This document shows positions 39,680 through 47,940 of a stretch of DNA of 64,000 bases, piece by piece. The first letter of the stretch is position 1. Every line of letters begins with the position of its first letter. The notes below the pieces were generated by a model. The model saw only the letters and a list, made by a program, of their open reading frames with translations, did not search any database and was not told the DNA's origin. The stretch is taken from NCBI GenBank assembly GCA_964355945.1, contig CAYHGE010000002.1, forward strand, positions 67,144 to 131,143. The letters run 5' to 3'. The position numbers were made by a program, and so were the translations under genes. The DNA is from an uncultured Draconibacterium sp. Lineage in GTDB: Bacteria; Bacteroidota; Bacteroidia; Bacteroidales; FEN-979.

Positions 39680-40580
39680 GAAGATCTTCGGGTGACGGGA
39701 TGATAAAATCTTCTGTATAATATGTTTTACCGATGAGGTTGTATTTTTCTCTTCCAAGGTGATGAAGTGGAAGGATGTTGATCTCATTGCGCCCGGTTGA
39801 TTGAATAAAACGGGCGGTGGAAGAGATGTTGGCGGTATCATCATTAAATCCGGGGACTACAGGTAGTCTGAAAATCAGGCGTCCTGCAAATTCTCTGGCA
39901 ATTCGGCGGGCATTTTCAAGGATTAGGGGAACAGACGGACAAGCGGACATGTGGACGGGTGGACGGGCGGACAAAGTGGGTGAGTCTGTCATAGACTTCA
40001 AATCGAAAAATATCCAGTCGATATAGGGTAAGGATTTTTTTAAATTTTCCCAGGGAACATTGCCACAGGTTTCAACTGCTGTATGAATGTAGGCATCATG
40101 GCATGTTTTCAGGATATCAGATGCAAACTCCGGTTGCATAAATGGTTCTCCACCGGTAAGTGTAATTCCACCTCCGCTACCCCAGTATTGGCGGTCGCGT
40201 TTGATCCTGGCATACAGGTCTTCTGCAGAAATTTCATATCCTCCGATGTTAAGCGCCCCGGAACAACATGCTTTGGCACAATCGTGAGTCAGACAAAGTG
40301 CGCAAAACTTCCTGTCAAAGTGCAATTGATCACCTTCGATGTTGCAACTGGAGGATATTGCTCCTTTTGAACAAGCATGCATACACAAACCGTCGAATGT
40401 GCATTTTGAGAGGCGGTAAAGCGGCTCAGGAAAAAAGGAAATTCCTTCCGGGTTGGAACACCAGGAACATTCCAGTGAACAACCCTTGAAAAAAATTAAA
40501 GTACGGCAGCCGGGACCGTCATGAACAGAGAACCCCTGGATATCGAAAATAATGCCACTGCTCAGTTTTGATTGTTCCAT
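39612..40580 (-). CDS. Glycyl-radical enzyme activating enzyme (radical SAM) with an extra ferredoxin-like di-cluster insert
   Basis: The ATG at 40580 gives MEQSKLSSGIIFDIQGFSVHDGPGCRT. It has the motif CSLECSWC (CX3CX2C) plus CTFDGLCMHAC and CALCLTHDCAKACC. An octamer array is embedded in the coding sequence. Confidence 0.85.
   Translation of the reverse strand: MEQSKLSSGIIFDIQGFSVHDGPGCRTLIFFKGCSLECSWCSNPEGISFFPEPLYRLSKCTFDGLCMHACSKGAISSSCNIEGDQLHFDRKFCALCLTHDCAKACCSGALNIGGYEISAEDLYARIKRDRQYWGSGGGITLTGGEPFMQPEFASDILKTCHDAYIHTAVETCGNVPWENLKKSLPYIDWIFFDLKSMTDSPTLSARPPVHMSACPSVPLILENARRIAREFAGRLIFRLPVVPGFNDDTANISSTARFIQSTGRNEINILPLHHLGREKYNLIGKTYYTEDFIIPSPEDLHEIKQQFSSLGIKCYTGSETPF
39927..39982 (+). 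repeat. Octamer tandem array inside the activase CDS: GGGAACAG, ACGGACAA, GCGGACAT, GTGGACGG, GTGGACGG, GCGGACAA, AGTGGGTG
   Basis: GGAC recurs at 39937, 39945, 39953, 39961 and 39969, an exact 8-bp period. The array encodes DSPTLSARPPVHMSACPSVP on the minus strand. Confidence 0.85.
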
Positions 40581-40819
40581 TGAAAGTCGGCGCATTTGCT
40601 GGCGATCATGTCGGGATAGGCCAGGATGGTCCCCTGGCATTTCCCCAGGTACTCCTTTTCAGCTGTATAACTTTTACAGAACCTGCACTTGGGGATTTGT
40701 TTTCCTTTTTCACAAAGCGGTTTATCAGGACTGATTTTTTCCTTACTGAGTTTGCAAATCCCCCTGAAAACATCCACAGGCAGGTAATAGGTGCAATCTT
40801 TACAAAAGAGGTCTTCCAT
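40562..40819 (-). CDS. Small 8-Cys iron-sulfur subunit of a glycyl radical enzyme (HPAD gamma-subunit-like)
   Basis: 85-aa ORF with Cys at 6, 9, 22, 36 and 45, 48, 61, 76. It lies between the GRE and its activase and overlaps the activase start by 19 nt. Confidence 0.75.
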   Translation of the reverse strand: MEDLFCKDCTYYLPVDVFRGICKLSKEKISPDKPLCEKGKQIPKCRFCKSYTAEKEYLGKCQGTILAYPDMIASKCADFQWNNQN

Positions 40820-40841
40820 GATTCTATTATTGTTTGGTCAG

Positions 40842-43511
40842 CTAAAATTCCTCATATTCTGTTCTGGAAATCACTTCATCCTGGATCTGTTTTCCAAGTT
40901 CAACCCAGTACTGGGTAAATCCGGCAACGCGGACAAGCAAGCTCCTGTATTTATCCGGGTCGGCCTGTGCCTGCTTAAGCATCCGTGAATCGACGATGTT
41001 GAATTGCACGTGGAAGCCACCTTTACGAAGATAGGCACGGATCAGTTCCAGAAATTTCCGTGATCCTTCCCTGCCTCTGACAACGGAAGGATGGATCTTC
41101 ATGTTGAGTTGTGAATTCTGTGATTCGGCGTGGTTCCAGCACGTAGCAGAGTTAAACAGGGCATAAGGACCATTCTTGTCAGTGCCGGGATATGCTGAAA
41201 CGGATCCGTCCGAAAAAGTTGTGCCGCTTAACCGCCCGTCGGGGCCGGCCAATGTAACGGCCCCCATTGGTCCATGAGTGGATACAGATATCTGGCAGGC
41301 ATACATCGGCTGATCGTAGAGCGACCGGTAGTTATGTGCCATTTTACAGAACCACTCTTCCCATTCCTTAAGGATGTTATCAACAAATGGGTTGTCGTTA
41401 CCGAATTTAGGTGCATCTAGACTTTGCCGGTGGATTTTTTTCCAGAGATGATGGTCCTCGCCGGGAACCTGATCGATTAACGACCAGGAACCGGTTTCCT
41501 TCGCAGTTTTGTATCCGAAATTGGCCAGGATTGCCTTTCGGTATTCATCCAGGGTGTAATTATGCTCTGCAAAGATGTTTTTTTTCATCGAACCCAGTGA
41601 ATTTACCAGGTTCGTTGTACCACAGGTCTCGATATTGAAAGTTGTATTGTAGCGGCAGCCCATTTGCCCGATATCTTTTCCTTTTGTAAGGCAATCAGGC
41701 TTCAGCATTGAATTGACCAGAGAGGGGGAAATTTTCCGCCAGGCGTCATGCTGGATGTTGTTTGCCAGGGTCAGCACATGACAGGCCCGGCTGAAATAAT
41801 CCTTAAAGGCCTGCCAGATTTCGGCGTAATCATCCAGGTTATATCCATGCGGCGGAAAAATCCGTTGACCCGTTCGCATATCCATGCCATTGAAAATGAC
41901 AACTTCCAGTAATTTCGGAAGGTTCAGAAAGTGTACGCCAACGCTGGTGGCAGGAGCAGAACCTCCTGGTATCCAGTGAATTTCATTGTCAAGTTCAAGT
42001 GGCATCCAGCTGCCGGGAGATGTTTCAAGGCAGCCTCCTATTGCCCATGCGCGGGCCTCTTCGAGATGCAATCCCTCATGGCCATAGTTTCCAAGCAGAA
42101 ACTCCATTGCTACCTGGTTGTTAATCCATGCAGGGTAGCCGGTACCGGTTTTTGTACATTCGATACCTTTTAAAAGAAACTCTTCAGGAAGTTTTTCATC
42201 GTACAGGAGAGACAGTGTGGGTTGCGGGGTATCGCAGGTTATCCCGGCCTCAAGGATGAGAATTTCAAGATCATTGGCAGCAGATGTGCCATCTTTTAGC
42301 AGTCCGCCGAGACACAGGTTGTTGAATGTATTCCCGGAGAGGACTCCGCCAACCACGCCCATCGATGCAAAACAGTCTATTTCAGTGAATTTGATCCGCA
42401 TGCACTCCAGCAATTCGAGGGTTTTTTCGCGGTCGATCACGCCATTTTTCATATCACGTTGCCAGAATGGAAAGAGTACCTGACCTACACGGCCGGGGGA
42501 TAGCCCCGATATGGCATCTTCATTCAGGACTGCCACATGGAAGATCCACAGCATTTGCAATGCGTCATGAAAAGACCGGGGAGGCTTACAGGCGATCCAG
42601 GCAAGCCGTTCGGACATCTCCAGGTATTCAGTTTTTTGCCTGGCTTCAGTTTCGATCGATGCAAGAAAATCTGCTTCTGCTGCATAATTTTCAATCCAAT
42701 GTTTGATGCCTTCAAGTGTGATGATAACAGCGTTGTAGAAATAGATGCGGTCCATGTCAGGATATCCGGCCACTTCTGCAATTCTGTCATGGCAGCTTTG
42801 GATTATCCCATCGATACCAAACTGAAGCGGATAATAATAGTTCATAACCTCCCGCCCCTGCGGAAGTGTATAGCCGGAATCGAACATGCAGATTACCGAG
42901 CGCATCAGTGCTTCCTTTTCCTTGTAACCGGGAACAAGCTGCTCATATTTGTGGCCTACATCGTCAACCGATTTGTTTTTCCATTTTTTTGCCACTTCCA
43001 GCATGGCAGGCAGTTCTTCCAGTCGTAACCCGAATTTTCCGGCGATGGATATCACATTGCCAGCACTCTTTGTGACATTGCCTCCTCCTTTGCCCATGGT
43101 CGTAAAACTGTCGGCGGTGAGCTTTCCGGATTCCTGGGCCTCTTTGTAAAGGTCATCCTCGGCAGCCATGAAAAACGCTTCCGACAGCCAGGGCATGGGG
43201 TAGGAGCCGCGGAGATAGGATGCTTTGCCCATGGTTAGCAGTTCGCCGGGATAAATTACCGGGGTAAGATGTTCAAAACCAGCTTTCAATGCCTCTGCAC
43301 GCCGGACAATTGGTATTTCTCCATCCAGGGCCTCCCATCGACGGGTGTACCAATATGGAAATTCTATGGAAACCGAGGATTTGGCTTCAAAGTAAAGTTC
43401 TCTGGCTGCATGAGCCCTGGATGTTGGCTGTCGTTTGCTCCCGCAGGATGTGACCTCGCCGTCGGGCTTGTTGCCGTAATAGTTGATATGAGTCTGGGCC
43501 GTGGTGTTCAT
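40842..43511 (-). CDS. Glycyl radical enzyme, 4-hydroxyphenylacetate (arylacetate) decarboxylase-like large subunit
   Basis: 889-aa ORF with the glycyl motif LLVRVAGFTQYW near the C-terminus and the thiyl loop AIGGCLETS. Confidence 0.85.
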   Translation of the reverse strand: MNTTAQTHINYYGNKPDGEVTSCGSKRQPTSRAHAARELYFEAKSSVSIEFPYWYTRRWEALDGEIPIVRRAEALKAGFEHLTPVIYPGELLTMGKASYLRGSYPMPWLSEAFFMAAEDDLYKEAQESGKLTADSFTTMGKGGGNVTKSAGNVISIAGKFGLRLEELPAMLEVAKKWKNKSVDDVGHKYEQLVPGYKEKEALMRSVICMFDSGYTLPQGREVMNYYYPLQFGIDGIIQSCHDRIAEVAGYPDMDRIYFYNAVIITLEGIKHWIENYAAEADFLASIETEARQKTEYLEMSERLAWIACKPPRSFHDALQMLWIFHVAVLNEDAISGLSPGRVGQVLFPFWQRDMKNGVIDREKTLELLECMRIKFTEIDCFASMGVVGGVLSGNTFNNLCLGGLLKDGTSAANDLEILILEAGITCDTPQPTLSLLYDEKLPEEFLLKGIECTKTGTGYPAWINNQVAMEFLLGNYGHEGLHLEEARAWAIGGCLETSPGSWMPLELDNEIHWIPGGSAPATSVGVHFLNLPKLLEVVIFNGMDMRTGQRIFPPHGYNLDDYAEIWQAFKDYFSRACHVLTLANNIQHDAWRKISPSLVNSMLKPDCLTKGKDIGQMGCRYNTTFNIETCGTTNLVNSLGSMKKNIFAEHNYTLDEYRKAILANFGYKTAKETGSWSLIDQVPGEDHHLWKKIHRQSLDAPKFGNDNPFVDNILKEWEEWFCKMAHNYRSLYDQPMYACQISVSTHGPMGAVTLAGPDGRLSGTTFSDGSVSAYPGTDKNGPYALFNSATCWNHAESQNSQLNMKIHPSVVRGREGSRKFLELIRAYLRKGGFHVQFNIVDSRMLKQAQADPDKYRSLLVRVAGFTQYWVELGKQIQDEVISRTEYEEF

Positions 43512-43613
43512 TGAAATGTGATTTTCGAAAACAATGAATATGAGCCCAAAGTTAACGATTCATTTCCGATTCTGAACAAATGAAAAATGAATATTCATTT
43601 TTATTAAAGCTTC

Positions 43614-44327
43614 TCAGAGCCTCCTCATCTGCATCATACTGGCCAGTGACAGAAGGATGCCAAGAATAATGCTGTAAACTGCCGCAACAAGAATACGATA
43701 CTCTTCGGGAAGCATGAAATTGAGACATTGGGCCGGAATCCAGAAAAATGGGATGGTCTTTTTAATAACAAAATTCCAGAAGGGAAGCCAGTCGCCCTCC
43801 CGGATAAACTCGCTCACGTGGATTGGTGTGAAAAAACCTTTGATTGTTCCTGATGTATTGACGATGTGATTGTCGGTAAACCGGTGAAAGGTCATGAATA
43901 CAGGTGCAAAGAAGAGGTTAAGTGTGGTGCTGACACTGAAGGCGGCCAGTAATTTTATCCAGCTGAAACCGGGTTGCCTGAGCACATCTGAAGGATTTAT
44001 AGTAGGGAAATGGACTCCCATTGTTTTCAGCATCATGGGCGCTCCTTCCCCGAAGATCACAAAGGCAATCTTTATCGTTATGCCCAGAAAACCCCAAACC
44101 AAAGCCCTGGGGACCAGTCCAAACCCTGGTTTATTATAGACTCCTGTCCGGATCCTGAGCCCTACACATTCGCCAAATGTGGCCAGTATGGCGAACTTAA
44201 TGAAACTCATCGTGTATGCATGGGCAGTGTTCAGCTCACGATACAGATTAAATACGGAGGGGAAAATAAAAAATGGAAGTAAAATAACGATGATTACTCC
44301 TAAAACAACGACATCAGCTTTCTTCAT
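43614..44327 (-). CDS. Polytopic membrane protein of unknown family, directly upstream of the GRE
   Basis: 237-aa ORF with about 6-7 hydrophobic segments. I recognise no motif. Confidence 0.6.
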   Translation of the reverse strand: MKKADVVVLGVIIVILLPFFIFPSVFNLYRELNTAHAYTMSFIKFAILATFGECVGLRIRTGVYNKPGFGLVPRALVWGFLGITIKIAFVIFGEGAPMMLKTMGVHFPTINPSDVLRQPGFSWIKLLAAFSVSTTLNLFFAPVFMTFHRFTDNHIVNTSGTIKGFFTPIHVSEFIREGDWLPFWNFVIKKTIPFFWIPAQCLNFMLPEEYRILVAAVYSIILGILLSLASMMQMRRL

Positions 44328-44373
44328 AAGGCAATTGCAAACAGAATCGGGTCCGGTTGTTTATAAACCGCGG

Positions 44374-44381
44374 CAAAAGTA
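44374..44381 (-). promoter_or_regulatory. Candidate -7 promoter box (TACTTTTG) for the membrane protein / GRE unit
   Basis: Matches TAnnTTTG on the minus strand, 47 nt upstream of the ATG at 44327 and downstream of the algH-family terminator. Confidence 0.35.
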
Positions 44382-44420
44382 GGGATTTTACAGAACAATA
44401 TGACGGCGGGAAATGGGGAT

Positions 44421-44455
44421 AAAACCTTCCAGGTTTTTAAAACCTGGAAGGTTTC
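44421..44455 (-). terminator. Probable intrinsic terminator after the YqgE/AlgH gene
   Basis: 14-bp perfect stem (44422-44435 pairing with 44441-44454) with a 5-nt loop, followed on the - strand by TTTTAT. Confidence 0.6.
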
Positions 44456-44469
44456 AGGCTATGGTCAGA

Positions 44470-45030
44470 TTAATTAAAAGTAGGATCAGCAGGGAAATTT
44501 GCCCAAATTGCATAATCCTGACCCATATTTTTCAGGTAGTTGCTCCAGAGTGTCTCAGGAGGGTTGTTGATGATTTCAGGTACGGTTGTTTGTGAGAGTA
44601 CCCATGATTTCTCTTTGAGCTCACGGTCAAGCTGATTGGGCGACCAGCCTGAATAACCCACAAAAAAGCGGATTTCGTCGGGTAACATGATCTTTTTTTT
44701 CAACATTTCCCTGATGGCATCCAGATCACCACCCCAATAAAGACCCTGCATGATTGGTAAACTCTGGGCGATATCATCGCGTGTATGGATGAAGAAAAGG
44801 CTGTCGGTTTTTACAGGACCCCCAAGATAAACAGGCAGGTTATAACCGGTAAAACCCTTGACAATGTCTTTTAGCCTTGCTTCAATGGGTTTGTTGATGA
44901 TCACCCCGAAAGTGCCTTCGTCATTGTGTTCGGCCAACAGGATAACCGACTGACGGAAGTAGAAATCGCGCAGCGAGGGCTCAGAAATCAGGATGCTACC
45001 CTGTTTTGGTTTTGTGCGTGGTTTTTCCAT
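44470..45030 (-). CDS. YqgE/AlgH family protein (UPF0301)
   Basis: 186-aa ORF containing GSILISEPSL.D..F.RSVILL.EH...G..G.I.NKP. Confidence 0.8.
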   Translation of the reverse strand: MEKPRTKPKQGSILISEPSLRDFYFRQSVILLAEHNDEGTFGVIINKPIEARLKDIVKGFTGYNLPVYLGGPVKTDSLFFIHTRDDIAQSLPIMQGLYWGGDLDAIREMLKKKIMLPDEIRFFVGYSGWSPNQLDRELKEKSWVLSQTTVPEIINNPPETLWSNYLKNMGQDYAIWANFPADPTFN

Positions 45031-45049
45031 GGTGTTCCTACAATTTTAT

Positions 45050-45057
45050 TACTTTTG
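45050..45057 (+). promoter_or_regulatory. Candidate -7 promoter box (TACTTTTG) for the murL-like/murD-like pair
   Basis: Matches TAnnTTTG, 35 nt upstream of the ATG at 45092. Confidence 0.4.
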
Positions 45058-45091
45058 CGTTGGGCACGTCCGACAAATATAATACCAATTC

Positions 45092-46480
45092 ATGGCAAGG
45101 TCAAGCAGACAGTCAACATTTCTTGAGTTACGCGAAAAATTTCCATTTTTTATCTTTGAAAAGCAGGAGTACGAATTGACTGCCCTGGGTCTTCATATCT
45201 GTTATACCTTTAACCTCGGAGATCAATACAAGTTTTACCCGACGCTGTTTATACCACGGAAGTCTTTCTTCCTTGCCGATGAAAAAATTGCAAACAGTCT
45301 GGATAACATCGTCTTGCATCTCGGAATGATCGAACTGATCAGTTATTGGAAAGCCACCTGTTCGCCCTCCCTTATTATCAAACCATTTGGACTTCGTCCC
45401 GAACAAATTAGTTGGTGGAAAAAACTGTATTTTCATGGCCTTGGAGAATTTTTTTACCTGAATTCCATTGATACCAGTGAAGACAGCTTTATGGATGTGA
45501 AAGTTGCCTCACAAGTATTTTTGCCTGTTGAGGATTTTCACCTTGTAGATAATCTGCTTATCCCGGTCGGCGGAGGCAAAGATTCGGCTGTGACACTCGA
45601 ACTGCTTGGGGCAGAACCCGGATGTTTGCCACTGATCATGAATGCGCGGGGAGCAAGCCTTGCAACCATTGATACAAAGGGTTTTGCGATGGATCAACTG
45701 GTGGAAATCCAGCGGACCATTGATCCGACATTGTTTCGGTTAAATGAAACTGGTTTTTTAAACGGTCATACCCCCTTCTCTGCGTTGCTGGCTTTTGTAA
45801 CTGTCCTTGCAGCGGTGGTTACCGGTTACAGGAATATTGCCTTGTCGAATGAATCGAGCGCCAGCGAAGCGACCATTGAAGGAACTCAGATCAACCACCA
45901 GTATTCAAAATCGTTTGAGTTTGAATCCGATTTTCGTGAATATGTAAAACAATGGATTAGTCAGGATATCAATTATTTCAGTTTTCTTCGACCGCTTAAT
46001 GAGTTGCAGATCGCCTCCCTGTTTGCTCAGTTTCCCCGGTACCATCCTGTTTTTAAAAGTTGCAATGCAGGAAGCAAAACCGATTCATGGTGCGGAGTTT
46101 GTGCCAAATGTCTCTTTACCTATATTATTTTATCTCCCTTTCTTGATGAGGACCATTTGGTGAGAATTTTCGGGAAAAGTCTTTTTTCTGACAGCAGCCT
46201 GAAGCCAATTTTAGATCAGCTTGCAGGCATTGCAGATGAGAAACCCTTCGAATGTGTGGGAACAATCAGGGAGGTGAACCTGGCATTGTGTGAAACCATC
46301 AGGCAGAATAAAGATACTAAATTGCCTTTTCTGCTTGAATATTACAGGAATTCTGAAAATTTTTTGCAATATGACAAGATGGATTTTGCTCGTGAAATGA
46401 GTCGGATTTCGGAGGAGCATTATTTGATGCCGGGTATTCGGGAAATTCTAGAAAATTTCCATCCGACTTTATATCATTGA
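45092..46480 (+). CDS. PP-loop-like ATP-utilising protein, candidate UDP-MurNAc-L-Ala-L-Glu epimerase (MurL)
   Basis: 462-aa ORF with the motif IPVGGGKDSAVTLELL. It lies immediately upstream of a stand-alone MurD-like ligase. The MurL assignment rests on context and recollection. Confidence 0.45.
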   Translation: MARSSRQSTFLELREKFPFFIFEKQEYELTALGLHICYTFNLGDQYKFYPTLFIPRKSFFLADEKIANSLDNIVLHLGMIELISYWKATCSPSLIIKPFGLRPEQISWWKKLYFHGLGEFFYLNSIDTSEDSFMDVKVASQVFLPVEDFHLVDNLLIPVGGGKDSAVTLELLGAEPGCLPLIMNARGASLATIDTKGFAMDQLVEIQRTIDPTLFRLNETGFLNGHTPFSALLAFVTVLAAVVTGYRNIALSNESSASEATIEGTQINHQYSKSFEFESDFREYVKQWISQDINYFSFLRPLNELQIASLFAQFPRYHPVFKSCNAGSKTDSWCGVCAKCLFTYIILSPFLDEDHLVRIFGKSLFSDSSLKPILDQLAGIADEKPFECVGTIREVNLALCETIRQNKDTKLPFLLEYYRNSENFLQYDKMDFAREMSRISEEHYLMPGIREILENFHPTLYH

Positions 46481-46518
46481 ATGGTATATGCATCTATAAT
46501 AATTGATAATCAATTGGT

Positions 46519-47940
46519 ATGTTAAATCTGATCCGTGAAAGGTTCGCACATAAATCCATCGTCCTGCTGGGATTCGGCAGGGAAGGACAAGCTTCCTATT
46601 TGCTGCTGAGGAAGGTTTTCCCGGATAAACAACTGGTCATTGCCGACCTTAGCGACGGAGTCAGGGAAAATCCGCTGATTCTCAATGATACCAATATTCA
46701 ATTTATTACAGGGAACGGTTATCTTGGTCAAATTGCTGAATTTGATGTGATTTTCAGATCCCCGGGAATCCCGGTCTGGCAAATGTTGTTAAAAGAAGGG
46801 GAGGGGGCAGGCAATCAATCAGCACCTTCTTCAGCCTGTTTCATCTCAAGGTCAAAGTTTACCTCTCAGACTGAACTGTTTCTTGAATGTTTCGCTAAAC
46901 AAGTGATAGGCATTACAGGAACAAAGGGAAAAAGCACTACGTCAAGCCTGATTCATCATATTTTCAAGACCGCCGGCAAAGATGTACTTCTGATGGGAAA
47001 TATTGGCAACCCTGTTTTTCATTTCATTGAAATGATTAACCCGGAAACAAGGATTGTTTTTGAAATGTCATCCCACCAATTGGAATTTATTAAGACTTCG
47101 CCACATATTTCTGTCCTGCTGAACCTCTACCAGGAACATCTCGACGCCTATCAAAGCTTTGAGGACTATCAGCTTGCAAAACTCAACATCACGAAGTATC
47201 AGCAACCGGGTGACTTTCTTATCTATCATTGGGAGGACCAGCTTTTACAGAAGCAATTGTCTCCATTTGTTGAAAATCGCCGTTTCTTTCCCTTTTCCTT
47301 ACAGCAAAGGATCCATCCAGGCGGATTTATACACGATGGCTATGTATGTTTCAATGATGGAGTTAAAATGACTCCGGTGTGGAAAATTCATCAGGACAGG
47401 TTTCTTCGCGGCGACCATAATCTGAAAAACATTCTTGCAGCTGTGAATGTTTCAATGATCTGCGGAATAGAACCTGAAAACATCGGGGATGGTGTTGCTA
47501 CGTTCAAAGGACTGGAACACAGGCTTGAATATGTTGGAGAGTTTGCCAATGTCCATTTTTACAATGATTCGATAGCCACAATTCCTGAAGCGTGCATGGA
47601 GGCTGTAAAAGCAATTCCCAAGGTGGACACCTTGATTGCCGGAGGATTTGACCGTGGAGTCGATTACACCGGGCTGGGTGAATTCCTGAACAAAACGGAT
47701 ATCAGGAATTTTATACTGGTAGGCCCTGCCGGCCAGCAGATCAGGAAGTATCTCTCTACAGCCGGACACCCGGGCAGAAAGGTTTTTTTTATCAGCAGGT
47801 TTGACGATTTTAAACCCATTGCTTTCCGTGAAACCCGGGCGGGATATGCCTGCGTTCTATCCCCTGCTGCTGCCAGTTATGATGAATTTGAAAATTTCGA
47901 GGAGCGTGGTAAACGTTTCCGGGAATTGATATCCAGGTAG
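46519..47940 (+). CDS. MurD-like Mur ligase, candidate UDP-MurNAc-L-Ala:L-Glu ligase (MurD2)
   Basis: 473-aa ORF with a Rossmann-like N-terminus (VLLGFGREG) and a Mur ligase P-loop (GITGTKGKSTT). It is not in a dcw-cluster context. Confidence 0.6.
   Translation: MLNLIRERFAHKSIVLLGFGREGQASYLLLRKVFPDKQLVIADLSDGVRENPLILNDTNIQFITGNGYLGQIAEFDVIFRSPGIPVWQMLLKEGEGAGNQSAPSSACFISRSKFTSQTELFLECFAKQVIGITGTKGKSTTSSLIHHIFKTAGKDVLLMGNIGNPVFHFIEMINPETRIVFEMSSHQLEFIKTSPHISVLLNLYQEHLDAYQSFEDYQLAKLNITKYQQPGDFLIYHWEDQLLQKQLSPFVENRRFFPFSLQQRIHPGGFIHDGYVCFNDGVKMTPVWKIHQDRFLRGDHNLKNILAAVNVSMICGIEPENIGDGVATFKGLEHRLEYVGEFANVHFYNDSIATIPEACMEAVKAIPKVDTLIAGGFDRGVDYTGLGEFLNKTDIRNFILVGPAGQQIRKYLSTAGHPGRKVFFISRFDDFKPIAFRETRAGYACVLSPAAASYDEFENFEERGKRFRELISR

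Noticed and set aside
41228-43514. Multiple 60-160-aa ORFs on both strands inside the GRE gene (e.g. 42537-43028, 41931-42173, 43269-43514)
   Set aside because: All are nested in or antisense to the 889-aa glycyl radical enzyme ORF, which carries unmistakable family motifs. None has a recognisable feature.
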